A stretch of 64,000 nt of DNA from Halarcobacter sp. (GTDB lineage: Bacteria; Campylobacterota; Campylobacteria; Campylobacterales; Arcobacteraceae). The notes below the pieces were generated by a model. The model ran no database searches and had not been told where the DNA came from. It was given only the letters and a program-made list of their open reading frames with translations. Location: positions 2,848,001 to 2,912,000 of the forward strand of contig OY781089.1 in assembly GCA_963676565.1 (NCBI GenBank), written 5' to 3'. Every line of letters begins with the position of its first letter. The stretch's first letter is position 1. Shown here piece by piece: positions 57,754 to 64,000 of the stretch. The position numbers were made by a program, and so were the translations under genes.

Positions 57754-59052
57754 TTATAAACTCATATACTTCTTAATATCTCTTTCAATATCTTGCTTTA
57801 AGGAAAGAGGTTTAATTACTTTTACAAATGGGATCCATTTTTTTACTAATTCCTCCATTTCTCTTGTTTGAGTAACATTAAAACTCAACAAGATATTTCC
57901 ATTCTCTTTTTCTTCTAATATTTCTTGTGAAGATAATTGTTTTTTAGATTTAAAGTGAAACGCTTTAGATGAATCAATTTCTAAAACGACTTCAATCATA
58001 TTGTCTTTATAGTTCTTGGTATATCTACTAAATGGAGTCTGAATATCTTTTATAAAATTTTCAATTTCTTCGTCTCTTTTAAAAGGTTTGCCAAGATCTT
58101 TATAATCTAAAATTTTAGAGACTCTATAAAGTGAATACATAAAAGAATTATCAACACCACATGCAACATAGAAGTTATCATTCATAAATATTATCTTATA
58201 CGGTTTTACTTCTATTTTTTTAACTTGATTCTCTCTTTCTTCATAATCTATTAAAATTGATTTTTTATCTTTAATATTTTCTTCTAATAGATTAAATAGT
58301 TCAGAGTCTTTATGTTTTGTCTCAAAAGGCTTACTTTTAAACTCATAAACACTACTTTTTTCTTTTGCTTTTTTCTTTAATAGCCTTTTATCCTCTTCCC
58401 TAATATCTAAACTGTCAAACATATTACTTCTTTGTGCTATGTTGAATGTTTGAACCATTAAAGATAAAGTTTTAGGGTCTAAAAAGTTGTCAAACATTGT
58501 TTTATTAATAGACTTATAATAAGACTTTCCATGTATACCACTTCTTACAAGTTCAAATGCTCTGGGGAAATGAGATTTTATAATATCAAGATCTCGTCTA
58601 ATAGTTTTTTCAGATATTGGAGCACCTTCTCCATTATTTGCACTTTCATTAAACCACAGTTTGTCTAATTCAGATCCATCAAAATCATATGCTTCCTGAG
58701 CATTTTCTTGTAATTTTGAAATTGTAATTATCTTATCTTCATTAAAACGATTAATTAATTCTAAAACTCTTTTTGTCTGTTTTGTTTCTTCTTTTATAGC
58801 TCTATTTTGTTTGTATTTTTGTTTTGGATGATTTGAAGGAAAACTTGGGTTTCTTAAAAGTAAAAGTCCACTATCAACCATATCATCTATTGTTAATTGA
58901 AATGATTCTAAATCTTCATCTATTTCTAAATAGTCTAATATCTCCTGTGTACTTTTTAGTTTTGTGCAGAACTCAATAATTTTGTCTTCTTGTTCATTTG
59001 TCTCTTCAAAATCTATGTTTTTAAAATCATCAATACTATAGTTGTGTTTCAT
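57754..59052 (-). CDS. WYL-domain transcriptional regulator (HTH-WYL-WCX) with extra N-terminal winged helix
   Basis: SEKTIRRDL HTH; VKPYKIIFMNDNFYV...YRVSKI WYL; SQEI...WIPFVKVIKPLSLK WCX; start ATG 59052 (GAGGA RBS). Confidence 0.88.
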   Translation of the reverse strand: MKHNYSIDDFKNIDFEETNEQEDKIIEFCTKLKSTQEILDYLEIDEDLESFQLTIDDMVDSGLLLLRNPSFPSNHPKQKYKQNRAIKEETKQTKRVLELINRFNEDKIITISKLQENAQEAYDFDGSELDKLWFNESANNGEGAPISEKTIRRDLDIIKSHFPRAFELVRSGIHGKSYYKSINKTMFDNFLDPKTLSLMVQTFNIAQRSNMFDSLDIREEDKRLLKKKAKEKSSVYEFKSKPFETKHKDSELFNLLEENIKDKKSILIDYEERENQVKKIEVKPYKIIFMNDNFYVACGVDNSFMYSLYRVSKILDYKDLGKPFKRDEEIENFIKDIQTPFSRYTKNYKDNMIEVVLEIDSSKAFHFKSKKQLSSQEILEEKENGNILLSFNVTQTREMEELVKKWIPFVKVIKPLSLKQDIERDIKKYMSL

Positions 59053-59055
59053 TAT

Positions 59056-59510
59056 TATTCCTCGAATACCCATTTTTTAGTTTCGTTACAAAACTTTTTC
59101 TTTCTCTTTAACTTTTGATTAATTTCATCAATTGATTTAGGTTCTTCATAAGATAAAGGTCTATTTATTTTTCTGTATCCATTTATATCTATCGTAACAA
59201 TTAAATTAAATTCAGATCTATTTATTAAAAATTTTCTTTCAACATTTGGAATTTGATTATAGTCTAAAATACCCCAGGTTGAATCAGTCCATTCACTTAT
59301 ATCACTTCCTTTACCAATTATAATAGCACATTGATTTGTAACTATCCATCTTTCATGCCACTTATCATCTTTTTTATCTTCCCAAACTCATATTTTAAAT
59401 CAATAAAATCTTTTTTTAAGCTTTCAGAAATATTTTCTTCTTTTAAAATTTGATATTTTTTATTGATTTTAAATATTCTAAAAAGACAAAGTATGATTCA
59501 ATCTTTTCCA
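59056..59510 (-). pseudogene. Frameshifted remnant with PLD-like motif
   Basis: An open frame without a start reads VWEDKKDDKWHERWIVTNQCAIIIGKGSD...; upstream portion is in other frames. Confidence 0.5.
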
Positions 59511-59530
59511 AACTAACTTCATTTATAAGA

Positions 59531-59562
59531 ATTCTATCAGTGTTTTTATACATATAATGTCT
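59531..59562 (-). promoter_or_regulatory. AGACA-N5-TGTA box plus -10 (TAGAAT) upstream of the remnant and WYL gene
   Basis: AGACATTATATGTA, 25-nt spacing to the -10. Confidence 0.65.
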
Positions 59563-61873
59563 ATTTAATTTCATTAATCTCAAATATACTCCATTTATCA
59601 TTTTGTTTTATTGCTCTTGCTTTTACATATACATCAGAAGTTATATTCTCTTTAATTAGCATGAATTTTGGGATGTAATAATCTTTAACAAAAGCAAAAT
59701 CTGGTTTAAAGATATTAATATCTAATTGTCCTGCAATAATATCATCATATGAATATGTAATAGCTCCATCTTTATATTTTAATGAAAGTTCTCCTTCAAT
59801 ATTTTTAATAAAGGACGAGGGAACTTGTTCAGTTTTTGATATGTCAAGAATATTAGTCTTGTATTTGTTTTGTTTTTTATTAAAAGTTTTAAAATACTTT
59901 ATTTTTATAAAATCTCCAACATTAACCTTTAAAGATGTCTGATTAAATTTTACAATTCCATCCTCAGTAGAATTATTAATTATATAATGAAACAACTGTT
60001 TTTTATCATTTATATGGTCTACTATAGCTATATTACTTAATGCATTTTTTAATAATTCATCCTTATTTAATTTTGATTCAATAATTTTCACTACATTGTA
60101 TTTCTTATTATTTCTATCATAATGTAGTTTCAAATGGTAGATATCATTAACTTTTGCATTTTTAAGTATATTAAATTTAAAAGGATTTATAGCTAATTCA
60201 ATATCATTATAGTTACTAAAAGCCATTCTTGATTTATTATCTTTTGTCTTCCAAATATCGTATATAATTAAATCTTCACCATCTAAGTTTTGATAAATAT
60301 AATCTTCTGCTATCAATATATTCTCTTTGTAGAATTCAATATTATTTTTAGTTGGTGTAATATCTTGAACAGAACTATTAAGTTGATGAAAATACTCAGA
60401 AATTTTCCATTCATTTTGATTTCGTTGTTTTTCATATTTTAAAAGCTCTGTTTTTGCTTCAGGAAATTTACCTTCATTAATCAATAAACTTGCAAGATCT
60501 AAATGAATCTGGCCAAGGAAGTCTTCATTTTTTTGAATAGTACAAGCTTTACATAACATTGAAATTGAAAGTTTAATATCCAACTCTTTAATTAGAGATG
60601 CAAATTCATGCCAAATATAGGCTTGATCATTTAAATCTAATATAAGTTCCTTATAAATATCTATAGCAGCTTCTATTTTGCAACTTTTATTTAACCAAAT
60701 AGCATAGTTTCTCAATATCCATATGTCTTTATTTGTTTTTTCTAATGCTATTTGATACAATCCATCGAGCCAAAATAGCTTATTAGTATCTATATCCTTA
60801 TTTTTTATAATTTCACTTATTGATGATAAGGTTTTTATTGCTAAAGGTTTATATGTTTTTTCTTCAACATACTCTTCTTCCCAATCGAGATCTCTGAAGT
60901 TATTATAATTCCAATAATAAAAAAAGTCAAAAAGCCTCCAACTATTTTCTTCAACCATGACCCTATTAGCTAATTTTAATATTTCAGAATGCCAATGTGA
61001 AGCACCGAATTCTGAATAAGTAAAAACATAAATCTTAAATTGTTCCCATAGCTCATTAAAATTTCCATTTTTTTGAATATTTATTAATTTCCAAAAAAAT
61101 GATTCACGTAAAATTTCTATAATAATATGTGACTCAATGTTATTATTTAAAAGATGGTTTAATTCAATTTTATACCCATTATCAATAAAAGATCTTAAGA
61201 GTTTTTTTAATAAAGATGGATACTTTTTACCATCATTATATTGTTCTTCTTTATCTTCTTCTCTTAAGTTTTTTACTCCCCAGTTTATATAGAATTTATA
61301 TAAATTAATTGAATGTTTTTGTGAACAAAAGATAGCTAACTGTAAAATTATAGAATGTAATAAACTTGGCTTTGAATTATTTAACTGTAGATATTCTACA
61401 AATAGTGATTTTACCTGACTACTATTTAAACTATCATGTTTATTTTTCAAATATCTATAAATTATCCAGCCATATGATTCATGATTATCTATTGATAATT
61501 GACCATTTCGATACAGTTCTCTTATTATATTTAGTGCATCATGATGATTGCCATTTTTACTGATGTTTTCAGCGTGACTTAATTCTTGATAGTTTTGTTG
61601 TAGTTTAGCTTGTAGAAAACTTATTTGTTTTTCAATTATTTCATCCGAATAAATAAATTGAATAGAATTAAGTTGATTAAAAAAAGCTCTTGCTTTATTT
61701 AAGTCATTATTAATTTCAATTTTAATTATGTCTATAAGTACCCAAGCATATGCTTTCTGTATCCAGTTATCTTTATTATCATTTTGATATAAATACAATG
61801 CAATTCTATATGCATCTCCAAGCTGTTTATTTTTTCTTAACTCAAAAACTTTTTGAGTGCTATACTCTTCCAC
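59561..61873 (-). CDS. TPR-repeat protein with C-terminal OB/S1-like domains (TOTE-type conflict system component)
   Basis: VFELRK..L..AY, AYAWVLID, YGWIIY, PSLLHS.IL, W....LR.ED helical region; beta-rich C-terminus (IVDHIN..K..FH, VGDFI, FAFVKDYYIP). Confidence 0.65.
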   Translation of the reverse strand: MEEYSTQKVFELRKNKQLGDAYRIALYLYQNDNKDNWIQKAYAWVLIDIIKIEINNDLNKARAFFNQLNSIQFIYSDEIIEKQISFLQAKLQQNYQELSHAENISKNGNHHDALNIIRELYRNGQLSIDNHESYGWIIYRYLKNKHDSLNSSQVKSLFVEYLQLNNSKPSLLHSIILQLAIFCSQKHSINLYKFYINWGVKNLREEDKEEQYNDGKKYPSLLKKLLRSFIDNGYKIELNHLLNNNIESHIIIEILRESFFWKLINIQKNGNFNELWEQFKIYVFTYSEFGASHWHSEILKLANRVMVEENSWRLFDFFYYWNYNNFRDLDWEEEYVEEKTYKPLAIKTLSSISEIIKNKDIDTNKLFWLDGLYQIALEKTNKDIWILRNYAIWLNKSCKIEAAIDIYKELILDLNDQAYIWHEFASLIKELDIKLSISMLCKACTIQKNEDFLGQIHLDLASLLINEGKFPEAKTELLKYEKQRNQNEWKISEYFHQLNSSVQDITPTKNNIEFYKENILIAEDYIYQNLDGEDLIIYDIWKTKDNKSRMAFSNYNDIELAINPFKFNILKNAKVNDIYHLKLHYDRNNKKYNVVKIIESKLNKDELLKNALSNIAIVDHINDKKQLFHYIINNSTEDGIVKFNQTSLKVNVGDFIKIKYFKTFNKKQNKYKTNILDISKTEQVPSSFIKNIEGELSLKYKDGAITYSYDDIIAGQLDINIFKPDFAFVKDYYIPKFMLIKENITSDVYVKARAIKQNDKWSIFEINEIK

Positions 61874-64000
61874 TATAAACTCTCTAAAATTTCTTTAACA
61901 AGTTCTACAGATGAATTGTTTTGTACTTGAGGGGCTTTTTTAAATTGTTTTTTGCCATTGTACCAAAAATCTATTATCGCTACTTTTGAGTCCTTTTCAA
62001 AAGTATATCTTTCACAATAGTTAATATGATTAATATTTATAATTGATATATTATGTTTTTCAATTTTTTCTTTTATTGAAAAATAAAAACTTTCTAAAAA
62101 GTCTTCTTGAAATACAAATTTAGATTTGTCTACTTTGGTTAAAACGATAGTATCTAACAGTTCTTTTTTCAATAATTCAATTAATTTTTCAAAAGTATTA
62201 TTTTCAATAGACTTTATAGAAGTGATTTTATTTTTACCATTATAATAAATTTGAATTCTGTCAATTTTATTGTCTTTCTCAAAACTATAAAGTTCACACC
62301 AAGGATGATGAGCTACTTCCTTTATATTCATATCAAGATATAGACAAATATCATTTACTTTTTTAGAAATTAGCATAGATATACTATCACTTAAAACAGA
62401 ATTATGAGTAGATAAAACTTTTGAAGAATCAAATTCAGAAAAATCTGCTAATTGAATATGAGGTTCATCTAATGTATATAATTTTTTTGAAGCTCTCGTA
62501 ATAGCAGTATAAAGCCATCTAAAATATCCTTTACTTAGTATGCTTTCATGTGTTTTACAATTAATAAATACATTATTCCATTCACTGCCCTGAGCTTTAT
62601 GGCAAGTTAATGCATATCCAAACTTTATTTTTAAGGAATTGAAATATATATCATTTTTTATTTCTTGTTTAAATTCTTCAGAATTAGGTTTTACGTCTTT
62701 TTCTCTCATTCTATTAACAAAATTCACATATAATGCTTTTGCTTCAATTGACTTTAAATCTTTTTCTTTATATTGAGATAAACTACAATTTGCATAAATA
62801 ATTTCAGGATATAATACATTCTCTAATATATAACATTCAAACCAATGTGCCTTATTTGCTTCATTTTTAAAACCTATTTCAACTTTTCTGAAATATAACG
62901 GAACCCTAATTGTAACTGGGGATTCATCTATTTTAAATTTATGTTTTAAAGTCACTTCTTGTATATCATTTTCTAAATAGGGATAGACTTTTCTGACTAA
63001 GCCAAAATCTCCATTATATATGAAAACTCCAAACCTATTATTATTTACTGTTGACATAACTTTATCCCCAGGACAAATGAATTTTTCATCTTGGAAAAAA
63101 TGTTTTCTTATTAAACTGTTATATTCATCTACAACTTTATTAGAATGTGCAATTATTATTGACTCTCCATTTATTGAATAATTACAAGATTCAAGATATT
63201 GACTTAATAAATCAGAGTGTTCAACATGAACAATATCCTTTTTATCTAACTTAATATCAAGTTGATTAAAAATATTTTCACTAATTGATTTTCTTAAAAT
63301 TAATGAATTATCTAAAATTCCGCTATTTTCTTCTTGTCTTACAATCTCTGTTAATTCAAAAGAATCTACAGAAACATTAAACTCTGTTTTTAAATAGTTT
63401 TCATCAAGTGCAGGAGAAAAGTTCATACCCACAGGTGGAAGCTGTGCACTATCCCCAATTAGAATCACTTTTTTATTTTGGTCATTATGATCTAAATTAA
63501 TATATTCGAATAAGTCTGAGAGTAAATTTCCTGTTCCAAATCTTAAAAATTCACTATTTTGTTCAACATCACTAATCATAGAAGATTCATCTATTATATA
63601 TACTGTATTATCTGAATGATCATTTGAAGCTAACTCAAAATAGAATTTAAAAGTTTCACTACCATCAAAGTTTTCAATTTTATAATCTTTTAAATTTTCA
63701 TATTTATAAATAGATTTATGAATAGTAAATGCAGAATTTCCTGTTTTTTCTTTTATCACTTTTGCAGCCTTTCCTGTTGGCGCTGCTAAAAGATAATCTT
63801 TTCCAACGGAAGATAAATATTCAGTTAATCCTTTCGTTATAAATGTTTTTCCTGTTCCTGCATAACCTTTTAATATAAATACATTGATATCTTTACTATT
63901 CAAAAAATTATTTAACTTATCAATTAAACTTATCTGAGAATTAGTTAAGGAATATTCTTCGAAAATCTCGTGTAATGAAATACGTTTATTTATTTCATCA
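61873..64000 (-). CDS. SF1B RecD/Dda-like helicase with two C-terminal repeats (partial, runs off right end)
   Basis: GYAGTGKT, APTGKAA, IIDESSM, GDSAQLPPV, LTEIVRQ, YALTCHKAQGSEW and LYTAITRA; frame checked open from 63903 to the window end. Confidence 0.9.
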   Translation of the reverse strand, partial: DEINKRISLHEIFEEYSLTNSQISLIDKLNNFLNSKDINVFILKGYAGTGKTFITKGLTEYLSSVGKDYLLAAPTGKAAKVIKEKTGNSAFTIHKSIYKYENLKDYKIENFDGSETFKFYFELASNDHSDNTVYIIDESSMISDVEQNSEFLRFGTGNLLSDLFEYINLDHNDQNKKVILIGDSAQLPPVGMNFSPALDENYLKTEFNVSVDSFELTEIVRQEENSGILDNSLILRKSISENIFNQLDIKLDKKDIVHVEHSDLLSQYLESCNYSINGESIIIAHSNKVVDEYNSLIRKHFFQDEKFICPGDKVMSTVNNNRFGVFIYNGDFGLVRKVYPYLENDIQEVTLKHKFKIDESPVTIRVPLYFRKVEIGFKNEANKAHWFECYILENVLYPEIIYANCSLSQYKEKDLKSIEAKALYVNFVNRMREKDVKPNSEEFKQEIKNDIYFNSLKIKFGYALTCHKAQGSEWNNVFINCKTHESILSKGYFRWLYTAITRASKKLYTLDEPHIQLADFSEFDSSKVLSTHNSVLSDSISMLISKKVNDICLYLDMNIKEVAHHPWCELYSFEKDNKIDRIQIYYNGKNKITSIKSIENNTFEKLIELLKKELLDTIVLTKVDKSKFVFQEDFLESFYFSIKEKIEKHNISIININHINYCERYTFEKDSKVAIIDFWYNGKKQFKKAPQVQNNSSVELVKEILESL

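Larger units (their letters stand above)
44150..64000. mobile_element. tRNA-integrated genomic/defence island (left part only; integrase not in window)
   Basis: att-like tRNA fragment, arm-type repeat, then an abrupt switch to defence genes, second-copy ssb, pseudogenes and long intergenic gaps. Confidence 0.8.

Overview
AT-rich window of a Campylobacterota chromosome (Arcobacter-like, inferred from gene content, AAGGA ribosome-binding sites and an HsrA/CosR-type regulator). 1-44.1 kb is mostly core or metabolic DNA: partial gltB; a TRAP transporter with two DctP paralogues; a complete mcc sulfite-respiration cluster (mccRS-mccABCD-ccsA1) followed by Sel1, NosL and ABC genes; a cytochrome bd operon with an unannotated 31-aa subunit candidate; proVWX; several two-component systems; and tRNA-Gly x3 plus tRNA(CAT). 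At 44150-44172 a 3' fragment of a tRNA-Ser marks the boundary of an integrated island that runs off the right end. The island carries a promoter-led structured non-coding RNA candidate, three tandem metallophosphoesterases, an RNase H-like gene, an ATPase pseudogene, ssb, MYG1, a type II Zorya system whose ZorE has an extra C-terminal HEPN-like domain, a 42-aa basic ArfA-like ORF, a WYL regulator and a TPR/OB plus helicase pair. The most striking pattern is four intergenic AGACA-N5-TGTC-like boxes, each exactly 25 nt upstream of a -10 hexamer. Three of them abut the preceding stop codon, which suggests a WYL-controlled, cassette-like regulon. All family assignments come from motif recognition; no searches were run.
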